Counted from the first letter of the stretch, positions 13,067 through 29,385 are shown. The stretch is 64,000 bases of DNA from Octopus sinensis (GCF_006345805.1 NC_043015.1:43648001-43712000), one strand, 5' to 3'. The notes: a model not told the origin generated them from the sequence alone. Numbers and translations are program-made.

Positions 13067-13435
13067 CTTGTTTTATTTCTATTCCTGAGCGCCATACTAA
13101 TACAATTGTTTGTTTGTAATCCACCTGCCTTCGTCTTTTGTTTATTTTCAGAAAGCTTCCCGTTATATATATATAATATATATATATATAATATATATAT
13201 ATATATAATATATTATATATATATATATATATATATAGTAATATGCTTTATTTTAAGCAGCAGAAAATTCAACATTTGCATTCATATATATAGATGTGTG
13301 TCTATGTGTGTTGTGTTTCTCTGTGTGTGTGTGTGCGTGTGCGTGTGTGTGTGTGTGAAAGCATATTACTCTACCACTGGTATTTGAGTACTCTTTTTTC
13401 CACCTTATATATATATATAAATGTGTGTGTGTGTT

Positions 13436-13474
<39 letters not shown>

Positions 13475-13543
13475 GTATATATGTGTGTATGTTTATATGT
13501 ATATGTATATATACATATATATGTATGTTTGTATGTATATAAG

Positions 13544-13608
<65 letters not shown>

Positions 13609-15304
13609 ATATGCGCATGTTTGCTTTGCAAAATTCTAAGGACTATGTGTACGTATGTGGGTTAGTATATTAGCTCGTGCTTGCGTACTTTTGTAGAGTG
13701 AGCCGTTGGTGACCCTCCATATTCCAATGAACACTTTGTAATGTGTTCGATTCTGTTACATGACCAGTGAATGTTCACTTATTGTTATTAAACTGACTTT
13801 CGAATAATACCAACAGTTTAACATGCTTGCGTTTCAAAAAGAGACTAACACATATAAACACACTTATAGTACACACACACACATGTAGATAGATATGTTT
13901 CTTTATTGAGCACACAGAGATGTACACAGAGGGGTCAAAATACAAAGTAGATCTTTTCTTTTTGGGAAGAAGAAAAAAAAAGAAAGAGGTGGAATTTCGA
14001 TCAAAAGGGACCGATATATATATATATATATGCATATATTTGGACGGATTCATGGATGGATGGATGGATGGATGGATAAGTGGATCCATACGTGGTGCTC
14101 CTCGGTGTTTGATATTCACATCATCTCTGTTCTTTCACTACACCATTAAATTACTGGTCGCTACAGTCTGAAGTTAAGAAAACAGCATTTTCTAGGGACT
14201 TACCATGAAATCTTTAATTTCCATAACATCAAGAGTAGCTACTCATGCTTAGATAATATTACTTGAATATTTCACGCTACAAAGAAAGCCAAGCACACAG
14301 GTACGTAATATATTTGCACTCACGTTACAAACTATAGTTTTTTTACATCTTCAACAATAACGCGTATTATGCCTTAATTATGCCTTAATTAGTAACAGCT
14401 TGTTAGAAGTCAATGGATCGAGAGCTGCTCGGAAAAATTTGCTTTTGCGGGATTCGATCGAACTTTTTCCTTTCTGATCTCAAGTTCCACAAAGATCAAC
14501 TTAGCAGTCAATCCATCCGGTGGCCAATTAAGTAAAGCAGCAGTCAAGTGGAAGATTAAACAGACAAAGCCTCTCACTAGAATGTTTTCCAAGTGTTCGG
14601 TGTTGTGTCTACGTTCTAAATTGTAGTGTACTTTGATTTCCATGGTGTTACTGACGGGCGTTGCTTACAATTCATCTCTATCTCTCCCTCTCTCACTCAC
14701 TACACACTACACACAAACTCACACATACATAAATAGCATTTAGAGAAAGGGAAAAAGACAGATAGAGAGCGAGATTAGGCAGAGAGAGACAGAAAAACCC
14801 CAAGATTTCTATAAATACCAATTCGACAGTTTGGCATATCTTGCGAAGTAATATTTTAGCAGAACAAATAAAAACCATGAAGTCTATTGCGTTCTTTGAG
14901 GATTTATTTATTGATAGTTTTTCCCTTCGTTTTCTCCGTGCTTTCTTATTTGTTTTTTATTATTATTATTTTTTCTTGTTTTCTGTGTTGTTTTTCCCCC
15001 ATAATATTGTATCTCCGATGTTATTGTTGTTATTGTTTTGTGGAGAATTCTTTTGTTTGTTTGGGTTTTTTCATTTCACGTTATCACGTTCTTTAAATTT
15101 CTTACCCACCATCCTTTTATCTATTATGCTACACTCCCTTTGTTACTTATCTCCCTCTCTCCCTCCCTTTCTCACTCTCTATCTCACTGTGTCCTTCTCT
15201 CCTTCGCTCCTGCAATACTCTCAAAGTATAGATAGATAGATAGATAGATAGTTAGATAGGCACTCAGATATATATATATATATATATATGCTTGTATATG
15301 AGTG

Positions 15305-15336
<32 letters not shown>

Positions 15337-15540
15337 CGTGCGTGCGTGCGTGTGTGCGTGAAAGAGAATGACAAAGAGAGAGTTTGCGTGTGTATGTATG
15401 CGATTAGTTCCGCAATATCTTTCCCTCTTTGTGATATAATGTGAATAAGTGTTAATATATGTATATGTATTGCATAATATATATAAATTATATCATATTA
15501 ATATATATTATATGTATTATATTATATATGTATTAAATTA

Positions 15541-15589
<49 letters not shown>

Positions 15590-15599
15590 TGTATATATA

Positions 15600-15665
<66 letters not shown>

Positions 15666-15714
15666 TATATATATATATGTATATATATAGATATATATAT
15701 AGATAGATAGATAC

Positions 15715-15779
<65 letters not shown>

Positions 15780-16168
15780 AAGATATGTATGTATGTATTG
15801 CGAGTTAACATTTTCTCTCTCCCTCTCTCTTTCTTACACTGAATCCTTCTCACATTTACACTTTGTAAAGGAATTCATTTACAAAAGTTGCTTCATCTCT
15901 TTATTTCTTCTTCATCATCATCACCCCCAGCCCGCCACCCCCAACCCTCAACCTTCATTTTCAGTGGAATCTATGTGATCTCACGTTATTTGTTAACACC
16001 ATAAGACATTGCAGTAATTCTGACTGACATTTTACATCTCTCAACCGATTCAATGATTTACTTGTTTCTTTTCTATCTTTTTTCTTTCTTCATGTTTGTG
16101 TTTAGTTTTCTTATACACTATTACGGTATAGCTTTGTTTTCTATCATTTTATTATTCTCTCCCGTCAG

Positions 16169-16192
16169 TATGTTGAAATCTGAAGAGTTGAG
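16169..16192 (+). CDS. Candidate 24-nt symmetric microexon, (x)MLKSEEL(R/S)
   Basis: attattctctcccgtcAG acceptor and GAG|gtaagc donor; only the phase 2-2 frame is open. Confidence 0.3.
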
Positions 16193-16389
16193 GTAAGCTT
16201 CGTGCCAAGCCAAGTTCAAGGCCCTGTATCCAATTGTTGGCCATTTTCAATTCACTTCACTTACGTCACGAAACACTCAAATAATCTTAAGACGAAAGAA
16301 AAACCATGAAGTAACACCATTCGATTGCATAAACTCTTCTGCAAGATTTTAGCTTCTGAGAGTGTATACTTCAATAACTAGTATTGCTA

Positions 16390-18125
<1,736 letters not shown>

Positions 18126-18139
18126 AAGGTTTATTATTA

Positions 18140-18521
18140 TTGTTGTTGCTGTTGCTGTTGAGCGAACGGTCTTCGTCCCAGAGCTCACAAGATGGGAGAA
18201 GTCCGAAACGTGGTCCTTTGCTATTCGTAAGACCCGCAGAAGAGAAAGCAGGTCTCTACGTACAACACCGAGAGCATCAACGGATGGATGAATGCGCATC
18301 CAGGCTCAGCAGTACGCTGGGAGTCGGGGACAAGAAACAGGAAGAAAGAGTTGAAGTTTGGGCGAAAGAATTCAACAGGGGTCGCCACCACCCGCTGCCG
18401 GAGACTCGTGGAGCTTTAGGGTGGTTTCGTTCAATAAACACACACAACGCCCGGTCTGGGAATCGAAACCGCGATTCTCCGACCGCAAGTCCGCTGCCCT
18501 AACCACTGGGCCATTGCGCCT
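18140..18521 (-). mobile_element. tRNA-Arg-derived SINE (OR-type) with a (CAA/AAT) tail
   Basis: The reverse-complement head GGCGCAATGGCCCAGTGGTTAGGGCAGCGGAC...GGTTTCGATTCCCAGACCGGGCG is tRNA-like and is followed by an unrelated body and a simple-repeat tail. Confidence 0.8.
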
Positions 18522-19555
18522 GCTGCCGTCGCTGTTACTGCAGCTGCTGTGGTTGTTGTTGTTTTTGTGTCCTTGTCTTTGTCGTTCTTATTATTACAGA
18601 ATCTTATGGGATATTATAGACTGAACATAATATTGTTCAGTCTATAACAATATTGAAGCAAAGAGACAGGATACATACGTAGAGACAAGTAAAGATAGAA
18701 AAGAAACTCAAGGTTTTGGCCGATTATATCAACCGCAGTTCATGACCGTTGCCTTTATTTGTTCGGTATTGTAAGAATGAAAGCAATATGAAAGCAATAG
18801 GTGACCTGCCTTCAGCAATATTTAAACACAGGCCATAAAGGCACGGATAAATAATCCCACAAAGCATTTTGGCCGGGCATTCTAAAGATTCTATCAGCTC
18901 AGCGATCTTTTCCTGGCAGCAATAATAGCAACATCAACAGCATTGACAACAGCACAAACGGAAATGAAGATTCTAAGGTGGCGTACAGAACACCAGATCT
19001 TCCACACGATGTAAAACTATCCATAACATGTCAACGAGAGATCATCAATGCCAAAGCCTAAACAGTTGAAAATAGCAAACAAAATCCCTTTCAAATTACA
19101 CCATGTCGTCTTAAATAAAACGCACAGAATATGCAGTTCTGACTATAATTTTTTTATCTTTTATGTTTTTCTTCTTTCATACATTACGTTCCGGCCATTT
19201 TGCAGCATCATATTAAACATTTTAATTACACAATTCAACTCCAGTATTTATTTTCAATCTAGTAGTTATTCTAACTTTCTTTTTTTGGCTCAGCCACAAG
19301 TTTACGGCGATCTAAAACCAATGTAGTTTGTGAAGCACAACCACGAACACTTATATACGAGAGGACTTCCATACAGTTTCCGTCCTCTACATCCACTTAC
19401 AAGGCTTTGTTTGGCCTGGAGTAATAGTAGAATACTCACTTTGCACAAGTTACCACATAGTCACACGGAATCCGGAACCACGTGATTGCAAAGCGATCGT
19501 CTTCAAGCAGTCATGCACCAATAGCTTCACAGCCACACAATCGTACCTGCATCTG

Positions 19556-19685
<130 letters not shown>

Positions 19686-19841
19686 GTGTGGGTATGTGTG
19701 TATGTGTGTGTGTGTGTGTAGCTGTGTGGTAAGAGGCTTCCTTCCCAACCACATGGTACTGGGTTCAGACCCACTGCGTGGCACCTTTGTCAAGTGTCAT
19801 CTGCTATAGCCTCGGGCTGACCAAAGCGTTGTGGGTGGACT

Positions 19842-19955
19842 ATTCTGCAGAAACCTGAATAAGTTGAAATCCGAAAGAGCAATATCTGGTGAATATGGAG
19901 GGTGGGGTAACACATTCCAGCCGAGCTGCAGCAATTTTTACCTGGTTCTCAAAGC
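19842..19955 (-). pseudogene. Mariner transposase fragment
   Basis: ALRTR*KLLQLGWNVLPHPPYSPDIALSDFNLFRFLQNS contains the mariner HPPYSPD motif and an in-frame stop. Confidence 0.9.
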
Positions 19956-20586
19956 ATCAAGTGCCGAAAAGGAAATTTCTTATCTTCCATTTTAAAGGGT
20001 TACAGAATTAGCAAAGGTTATAGGAACATAAACCCTCTTCCACGAAAAGATAGCTTAAAACGTTCTCTAAATGGCGGTGTAGTTAAATCCTATTTTATGG
20101 ACTCAACCATGTTCTAAAATAAGTCGAAAGGTAAGCTACTATAATTTGGCATGAACTTTCCGGACAATCCAATACATCTGGTGAATTTGAAATGACCATA
20201 GCTGGCGTATATTCGTTTTATATTTGCTCTATTTGACTTAAGCAAGAGCTAAACCTCAAGACAACAGCAACCACAATGAGATAAAGAATTTTACATCCAT
20301 CTGTCTCACGCTACACGCCTTACAATTTCTCTAAGTGTATAAAATTCTTTGCAAAACAAATTTCTATAACAAAATAGCGAAAACTATTTTCTTTCCAGTT
20401 TGACAGGAACCGTGACAGAAATTCTCGGCCTTTGATCCACTTTTCTGACTTTCTTCTGATTAAAAGTATAGAATAAAATGTATCAATGTTTTCACAAATT
20501 TCCTGAACATCCTACGGAAATTTCGTGAATGACAGCCTGCGGAATAACGCAAGAAATGGTATTGTGCATCTAAAACATGATCCAAT

Positions 20587-21003
20587 ACTCTCTTTCTCTT
20601 TTACTCTTCTACATGTTTCAGTCGTTTGACTGCGGCCATGCTGGAGCACCGCCTTTAGTTGAGCAAATCGACCCCAGGACTTATTCTTTGTAAGCCTAGT
20701 ACTTATTCTATCGGTCTCTTTTGCCGAACCGCTAAGTTACGAGGACGTAAACATATCAACATCGGTCGTCAAGCGATGGTGGGTGGACAAACACAGACAC
20801 ACAAACATATACGCACACATACATATATATACATATATACGACGGGCTTCTTTCAGTTTCCGTCAACCAAATTCTCTCACAAGGCTTTTATCGGCCCGAG
20901 GCTATAGCAGAAAATACTTGCCCGAAGTGCCTCGCAATGGGACTGAACCCGGAAGCATGTGGCTGGTAAGCAAGCTACTTACCACACAGCCACTCCTGCG
21001 CCT
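20587..21003 (-). mobile_element. SINE family B, full length
   Basis: Reverse complement of the 5518 element. Confidence 0.9.
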
Positions 21004-21479
21004 ATAAACTATGTTATCCTGGGTGGGTTTGAACTCAGATCGCAGAGAGTCGAGACGCTTAAATTACTGTCACTTCACCGTCTAGAAGCACTATTGTTTG
21101 ATCCACAATACTACAATTGTAGATATGTTCTAAAGATTTATTCCGCACCAGTTGGTTACAAACGAGAGAAGGAACTTCTACCAAATTTCGGTGCTTCTTT
21201 CCATCACGAAAAAAAGAAAACATATAAATACACCGGAAATTCTTATTACGAACTTTCAAACTATCTTTGTCTTCAGACAGACTTCAAAGAAAAAAACCGG
21301 AAACGATGCTTTCTTGAAACAGAATACTTCCTACGAAATGCATCGGAGATAATATAATTATATTTTCTTCTTGTACAACATAATATTACCAAAACTGTAA
21401 GATTTGGAATTGATAAACAGCCCACATTGTTGTACACTAAAAGTACAATGCTATTAACATAACGAATACCATCGCTGTA

Positions 21480-21626
21480 GACAACATCCTCATCGTCATC
21501 ATCGTCATCATCGTCATCATCATCATCATCATCATCATCATTACGATCATGCCCCTTATAAATATTATCGCTACCAACATCATCATCATTTTAAACAACT
21601 TTATCGCTATCATCATCATCATCCTC

Positions 21627-21657
<31 letters not shown>

Positions 21658-22250
21658 CCACCACCACCACTATGATCATCGTCATCGTCGTCGTCGTCGT
21701 CATCATCATCATAAACATAGGATTTATACTCTAGGGCTTTGTTACCGTCGTCTCCATCGTCATCACTATCCCCCTTCGCCTCTTCTCCTTTCACTCATCA
21801 TCATCATAATCCTTATCCCCACTACCATCATCATCACCATCACCATCTACATCATTATCATCATCATCATAATCCTTATAACCACTACCATCAATATCAC
21901 CATCATCATAATCCTTATCACCACTACCATCAATATCACCATCATCATAATCCTTATCACCACTACCATCATCATCATCATCGTCATCATCATCATAATC
22001 TTTATCACCACTACCATCGTTATCACCATCACCATCTACGTCATCATCATCAGCATTATCATCGGCATCTTCGTTGTCGTCATCTCACCGTTATCACAAT
22101 CATCGTTATCGTCGCCTTCCATGACGTCGTTGTCGCCGTCAGTCAACGTCGACGTCATCACCACCACCATCCTCATCACCACCGCCAACATCATCATTAT
22201 CATCAGCATCATCGTCGTCATCGTCGTCATCAATATGTTCAGCATCCTCA
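21480..22250. repeat. Degenerate (CAT/CAC/CGT)n tract with short internal repeats
   Basis: Directly visible; CATCATCATAATCCTTAT recurs several times. Confidence 0.9.
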
Positions 22251-22626
22251 TAGGTCATTCTACTGCATCAGACTTAACTTTACAACAAATAAATAAAAAT
22301 AATAACGGCGTAAGTAAATGAAAAAAACAAAATGACTCGAGTTCTCGTAGTCTCTATTCAAAAAAGCATAAATGTCGAATGCTTTTAGTTTTCCTTCAAT
22401 TAACTATCGCGAAATCTACTTCGACATTTTGATCGATAGTTTTAAAGTTATCTCCATCAGATGATCAATCTTTAAGACACGCTTTGTGTGAAGGAAGTGT
22501 GTTCTCTTCTTGGTAATTCCTGTAAATATTACTCTTTGAATTTTTCACTACATACAAAAGTCAATGATATTTAGCGTATGTGCCGGTTGAATTCGTTGCT
22601 TATCAAAGCTGAATATGCATATACAT

Positions 22627-22946
22627 AGGCGTAGGAGTGGCTGTGTAGTAAGTAGATTGTTTACCAACCATATGGTTCCGGGCTCAGTCCCACGGCGTGG
22701 CACCTTGGGCAAGTGTCTTCTACTAGAGCCTCGGGCCTACCAAAGCCTTGTAAGTGGATTCGGTAGAGGGAAACTGGAATAAGCCCGTCATATATATGCA
22801 TGTATATGTTTATGTGTCTGTGTGTGTTCCCCCCGCCACCATCGCTTGACAACCGATGCTGGTGTGTTTACGTCCGCGTAACTTAGCAGTTCGGCAAAAG
22901 AGACCGATAGAATAAGTACTAGGCTTACAAAGAATAAGTCCTGTGC
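22627..22946 (+). mobile_element. SINE family B, 3'-truncated
   Basis: GGCGTAGGAGTGGCTGTG...GAATAAGTCC. Confidence 0.85.
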
Positions 22947-23334
22947 ATATACCTGCATAAGCATATATCTAATATATACTATATATGTATAGAACAAATA
23001 TATATATATACACACACACATACATACACAAATGTGTGCGTGTGTGTTTGTTTGTCCATGCGTGCGCTTGTGTGTGTGTGTGTGTTTGTGAATGTTTCGT
23101 TATTTGCTTATCTTTGTTTATGGTCTACTGCATTGTGTCACTGATCATGCCGTTGATAATTCGCATAACAGGTGTGTATATAAGAAGCCCAAAAACCTCA
23201 ATTCGCCTAACGAACATCACTGCATAAAATACTTGCAAAACCCAATATGAAACTTTACATTCCGCGCCCAATTCAAAGCCTTCTAACACGATGCTCCAAA
23301 TTGCAGGTCTGAACATTGCGAACTGTTTTTAAGT

Positions 23335-23515
23335 CAAGGAAGCCAAGTTTGTAAGTCAGAGGAAGCCAAAAAATATTGAAGATCTTTGGCATTTCATTAT
23401 TGAAGCATTTGCTATCCTTGATCCAGATTTCTGAGCCAAAGTTTGTCACAATGTGCTTTCATTTTGTCGAGAACGCATCGAAGTTAATTGTTTAAAATTT
23501 GAACTCTCATCATAA
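23335..23515 (+). pseudogene. Tc1/mariner-like transposase C-terminal remnant
   Basis: QRKPKNIEDLWHFIIEAFAILDPDF*AKVCHNVLSFCRERIEVNCLKFE resembles the Tc1 C-terminal pattern. Confidence 0.5.
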
Positions 23516-23914
23516 ATGTAATAAATGAAATTGATTGTATATATTGTTACTATGTTTTCTTATGTAACGCATATATTTTCTGAAAATCTGTTTACTCTAG
23601 CCATTGTAAATGTCTTGCAAACAACTTGCACATGCAAATGCTACCAGTCAAAAACTCCGCATACTGGAAGCCAGCAAGTGTATGGAGTCATCAGGAGAGA
23701 ATGCGCGCCTTTTCGGGGCCTACCTCTCGACGGCATCAATACGCACCGGCCACCCTCACTAATATGAGGCCCGCTTCCTAGATCAACTGGTTATCAAATA
23801 AAGCTCAATATTCTTCTAGCCATCGCTCATCGTCTCTTTTACAAATAACTACATAGTAATTTTACGGACACCTTGCATACGTTGGGTATTACCTTGGAGA
23901 AGCTTAGTCGATTA

Positions 23915-24270
23915 AATCGCCCTTGAGTACTTAATTTTGTTAAGCCTGACACGTAGTCTCTCCGATTCTTTTGCCGAATCACTAGTTCGGTGCATATGCA
24001 AATACCCGTGTAGTTGCACATGCAACCACGTGTAATGGAAACACGTGTAGGTCAGAATATCCATAAAAGTATGTTGTATCAAATTATGCAGTAAGAATAA
24101 ATAAAACTTGAGGACGAAGAGGCCTCTACATTCTACATCGTCACGATTATTCGGGGCTAGAGTAAAAGTGGATTTCCGCAGGTGTGGCGTAGTGTGTCAG
24201 AATCCGAAACAACAACGCCGAGAAAGTGTCTTGAAAAGCACGCAACTATTTCCGCTTCCATGAGTACGAA
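23915..24270 (-). mobile_element. Old SINE B-related subfamily copy
   Basis: Its reverse complement aligns by eye with 26750-27085 over about 350 bp (e.g. TTCTGACCTACA.GTGTTTCC...CACGTGGTTGCATGTGCAACT). Confidence 0.7.
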
Positions 24271-24650
24271 CCGCACTTGAATGGCACGAAGAGAACGTTT
24301 TTGTTCAGTCGATTCTATTTCTCTATTACACAACGCCACTGTTTGCAAGAGAACTAAAATCAAAAGTCTGTTCAAAAATGTCAATTCTTCACAATTTCGT
24401 CATCTTGTATAACAGGAACTGCCAATTGTAGCCATTCATTTGAAATGAAACATAATTTATGTTGCTATTTCTATTCATTCATAGAGAAACTCTATGTAAA
24501 ATCTATATTTATGTCCGGCTTGCATTCAAATCGAAAATCTTACGTGTGTTTGCTTTAGTGCATGCTGTTCATATGTTCGGTCACAAAAGCATGCCAGCAT
24601 TTCATGTGCTTGTGTCGACATGTGTGCATGCACCACATTCAGCTGCATAC

Positions 24651-24707
<57 letters not shown>

Positions 24708-24716
24708 ATATGTATG

Positions 24717-24753
<37 letters not shown>

Positions 24754-24873
24754 ATATATATATGTATGTATATATATATATATATCTATATATATATATA
24801 TATATATAAACATACATATATATATATATATTATATATATATAATTATATATATATATATGTATGTATATATG

Positions 24874-24910
<37 letters not shown>

Positions 24911-24990
24911 ATTTATGTATACACAATATGTAATCATATATATATATATATGCATACACACACAGACACACACATACACATATATATATA

Positions 24991-25025
<35 letters not shown>

Positions 25026-25599
25026 AGAAACTTATGCAAATTTGTATAAGCAAGGTAGGCATGCGAATAATTGGAAGATAATTTATGCACATACAGAAGC
25101 ATGACTGTCTACATGGACTTACGTGTGTGAGTGCGTGTGTGTGTGTGTGTATGTGTATGTGCGTGTGTGTGTATTTATATGTACATGTGCGTGCGTATGT
25201 TCACGTGCGTGTGTGTGTGTGTGCGTGAGCGAGGAACGCTTTGTGTTTATTCAGTCTATTTCATAATACGTAACAATGGTTAACCAGTACAGTCATGGTT
25301 TTCGTTCATGAGGAGGTCACTTTCACACGGAGGTGCTTCGTGTTCAATCCCACAGCGCGGCACGTTGGGCGATTGTCTTCCTTTATAGCTTGGGGCACAT
25401 AAGTGCATACTGAGTGCATGTAATTAACCGGAAAATGTGTGGAAACGCGTCGCAAATATATATACATATATACATATATGTGGCACAGATGTTTGCGGAC
25501 GGTGAATATAGGAAAATTCCACTGATCATGGTTCGAATTTCAACTATGATTTTCAACCGAGTAAACAGGCAGAGATGTACTGAATGTTTTGAAATTTGG

Positions 25600-25800
25600 T
25601 CGTTATGTTAGCACCCTTGAGAATGTATGTGATAACGCACGAAACACATTCAGTATTTTTCTTTGGATTCCATCTGTAGAGGTGCCAATTCAATTTCTCC
25701 AAACATTATCAGTTGTGAGGATATTAAAACGAACCTGTTACACCAACTGATTTCTGTTATGACTTAGAAACATCACCATAGTTGTTGCTTCTTGATTCGT
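25600..25800 (-). pseudogene. Possible very decayed hAT transposase fragment
   Basis: LTTDNVWRN*IGTSTDG resembles the hAT W.NC.G..TDGA motif; weak. Confidence 0.25.
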
Positions 25801-26749
25801 TAATATCTCAATTTATCAAAATACTAAATTCTTGCCGTTTGATATTATAAATTAGTTCCCTTTAATAACCATATTCTTTCTTGTTGAGACTCTCAATACC
25901 ACGAAATAATCTAGACCAATCTCGAATTGCGATCGTTTTGCAAGACAACAAATGTATATTTAAGCTTTTGATCAGTTTTGTGAATAAAAATAATCTTCGA
26001 CAATGCGTTTGATGATCGGATGGTGGCTAATCATAAAACGGAATTGGATTGCGTTCGCTATTACATAAAATCCACCGACAATTTCCTGTTACACAGAGTA
26101 TCTGTTAATATAGACTGCAAAGGGGAAGTAAAAATTAGCGACGGTGTCAGGTTGTTAAGAAATGAATTTGTCAGCTCTATCATTATTGATTTCCTACATG
26201 CATCTCTTAATTGTACAAACGGTCTCTACCGAACTTTTAGTACAGAAAACGAGACGTTAATTTACATAAATAGCTTATCCAGTCATCTTACAAATATACT
26301 AAGAAGTTGATTAGGAATACATCACTAAGATTATTTAGTATTTTAGGGTGACAAAGCATTGTTAACTTCATTATAACGAGGCCTCAGTAAGAAATGTATC
26401 CACATAAAAAAATAATACATATTTCAACTTGTAATAGAGTAAAGAATATTAGTAATAGATATAAAATATTAAAAAAAAGCCTCCGCACAACTGAAAAGTA
26501 GAAATTCCGGTTGCCCAGTTATTGATTCAAACATCCTCCCACAATTACTACTATACAAATATTTATGAAAGCATCTATAAGAAATTTACGCTCATTATCG
26601 CTTCCTTTCGTAGCAAAGTAACTAGAAGATATAATATACCAGAATTTGTAACTGTACTAACTATTGTCATTGAACTCTTCACTAGAATTACTTACGTGAA
26701 GTTATAGTGTGTAAGTGCTGCTTTAGATAAACTCTAGTCTGTTGTAAGG

Positions 26750-27085
26750 CACGGGTTCGTAAGTATGGAGGCAGAAGTATTTGCGTGATTCGCAAGACAC
26801 TTTCGCAGTGTTGTGGCTTCGGATTCAGCCCCATTACGCCACACCTGGTGAAATCCTCTTCTACTCTAGCCCCGAATAATCGTAACGATCTAGAATATAG
26901 AGACTTGTTCAGCCTCAAGATTTGTTTATTCTTATTGTATAATTTCATACAGCATACCTTTTATGAAGGATTCTGACCTACATGTGTTTCCCCTGCACGT
27001 GGTTGCATGTGCAACTGCACAGGCATTTGCATATACAACGAACTAGTGATTAGGCAAAAGCATCGGGAGAATGCGTGTCAGGCCT
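26750..27085 (+). mobile_element. Old SINE B-related subfamily copy, inverted partner of 23915-24270
   Basis: Shared diagnostic blocks such as TACGCCACACCTG and CTCTAGCCCCGAATAATCGT. Confidence 0.7.
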
Positions 27086-28729
27086 CTCAAGAATAGATAC
27101 GAACAACTCGCACACTCTTTCTGGAATCCACCAAAAAAATATACGACTATGGTTTTGGGTCTCACACTGGAACATAAAGTTAGAAATATTATACTTGCTG
27201 CTGTTATCGCTAATGGTATCCTCATTTGTAGAGAAAGGAAAATTATTTAACTTTACTTCGTCATTTATAAAGGACAGGGATGAGATACAATCAATCGAAC
27301 AGGCACCTTTGTCTTTTGCGGATAATACATTTTGATGACTCGAAAAGAATGAAGGCAAAAACAAAATTCTTACAATACATTTCTCGAGAAAATTGTTGAA
27401 TTTGAAATGCTGCTTCCTGAATTTCAACTTTCGATTCTCAGTTCCTTCTGGATCATTGGAATTCAACTCGAGATTATTTTGTCTTCGTGCTATGTAGCTA
27501 GAGAAATTTGTTAGGACCTAATTCTTTTGGTGTTTATAACCATTGTAAAATATCTAGCAACGAATACGAAACATTCATTAGTTAGGCACAAGTATGACCG
27601 TTTTGTTAAGGCGCTCGTTTCGCAACCACTTCGCATGTGGTTCAGTCCGACTATGTGGGGCTTTGGGGAAGTGTCTTCCACTGTGGCCCATGTGGCCTAC
27701 CAATTCTTTTTGAATAAATTTGGAAGAGGGAAACTAGATGGAAGCCCGTATTACATGTAGATATATGTATGTGCGTGTCCGTCCCCCACTAACGTTTTAC
27801 TTGATGTTGTTTCCTTTACATCTGTGTAACCTAGTGGTTTGGGAAAAGATATCGATATAAGCAGCATTGGATTTTTTAAAAAAGGGTGCTGGAATCGATG
27901 AAAATAATTAACCAATGCTCTTATTTTAGTCTTCATACTGTGTCATGGTCCCCTTTACTAATTCAAACGACAACTTTTCGAACTGGGAATACCGAAATGT
28001 ATGTCATATCTTCCGATTTGAAAAATAAAACCAGTTGCCGACACGGGAATATTGCATTGCTTTCCTCGCGGTTTCTATTCCAATTTCATTAAATTTTCAA
28101 AATTGTGAAAGCGAACCAAGGTTTTTCGCTCGTGACTGCGTCTTTGAATATTAGCAATCACTTTCGAGGAAATATCTGCAGAAAATCGTTGGATCGATTA
28201 CAGATACTTCGAAACACTTGATAGGAGCGAATTTCATTTTATCCCTGATGTATTTAGTATAATGCATTCTTCCAGAATAGATTCACTTATGTGGATTGAT
28301 ATTAATTTCACCCGTGATCTGTTTTCCATCCAAATGGATCGCACACAAGGCATAATAGGCAAATCCGTGATGGCATCGATAATGCTATACAAAACCTTAA
28401 ACGCTTGGCGGAAAATCAAAGAAGTATTACTTCATGTACATGGTTTTCATTCATATTGCATTGTTCCTCCATTGTTTGTAAGTAAATATAATAATTACAA
28501 TTGACTCATTAAGGTCTCCAAATAGCAAACGAAGTGTAGCGTGGACGCGTGGATGCCTCTTTGTATTCTGAGAATCGCTGAATATAAATAAGTTGCACAG
28601 ATCTTTCTTACACTGTCTGCTCTACATCTTTCAGCAGAGTGAAAAGTTGTTGCGCATTATAGATTAATGTAATCCATTGCGTTTGCGATTGTTGTTCTTA
28701 TTTATCTAGGTTTAGTCAGAATTTATGTT

Positions 28730-29330
28730 CCTCACTCTCTCTTCTACCTTCCTCTCTCTATATATATAGATATCTATATCCCTCTTTGTGTGTTTCCCGC
28801 CGTTTCTTACACTTTTCTTGTCTTTCAAAGTCCCATACTTTTACCTCTCTCTCAGCCTCTCGTTCACTTTTCTCTTCTCTTACCCTCTAATTTTTCTTTC
28901 TCCTCTTTCTCTCTCTTATTCTCTTTTTGTTCTTCTCTCATTCTATCATTCCTATGTCCTCTCTCTCACCAACTCACACTCTTTTCCTCTCTCTCACTCT
29001 CTCATTCCCATTTCTTTCTCACCATCTCATTCTTCTTTCCCCGTCTCTCTCTCACCCTATAGTTCTCTTTTCCTCTCCCACTCTCTCATTCTCTTCTCCT
29101 TTCTCTCACTCTCATTCCCTTTTCCTATCGCTCACCCTCTTACTTTCGTTTCCTCTCTCTCACCCTCTCGTTCTCATTTCCTCTCTCTCTCTCTCACTCT
29201 CTCATTCCCATTTCTTCTTTCTCACCGTCTCATTTTCCTTTCCCCATCTCTCTCTCTCTCACCCTATAGTTCTCTTTTCCTCTCGCTCACCCTCTCACTT
29301 TCGTTTCCTCTCTCTCACCCTCTCGTTCTC

Positions 29331-29366
<36 letters not shown>

Positions 29367-29385
29367 TCTCATTCTCCTCCCCCCT
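28730..29385. repeat. Polypyrimidine (CT-rich) cryptic tract with an internal duplication of about 200 bp
   Basis: CTCATTCCCATTTCTT...CACCCTATAGTTCTCTTTTCC occurs twice. Confidence 0.85.

Noticed and set aside
14410-14643. 77-aa ORF MEIKVHY..., with an open antisense frame
   Set aside because: No recognisable domain or splice support; the length is compatible with chance.
23605-23843. Solo LTR (TGTA...AATAAA...TACA)
   Set aside because: No TSD, PBS or PPT and no second copy.
23915-27085. Large TIR transposon bounded by ~350-bp inverted repeats
   Set aside because: The repeats are SINE-derived and diverged, no TSD was found, and the internal hAT-like signal is weak.
27050-27466. 138-aa ORF
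   Set aside because: Its 3' end runs into a SINE remnant and no family motif was recognised.
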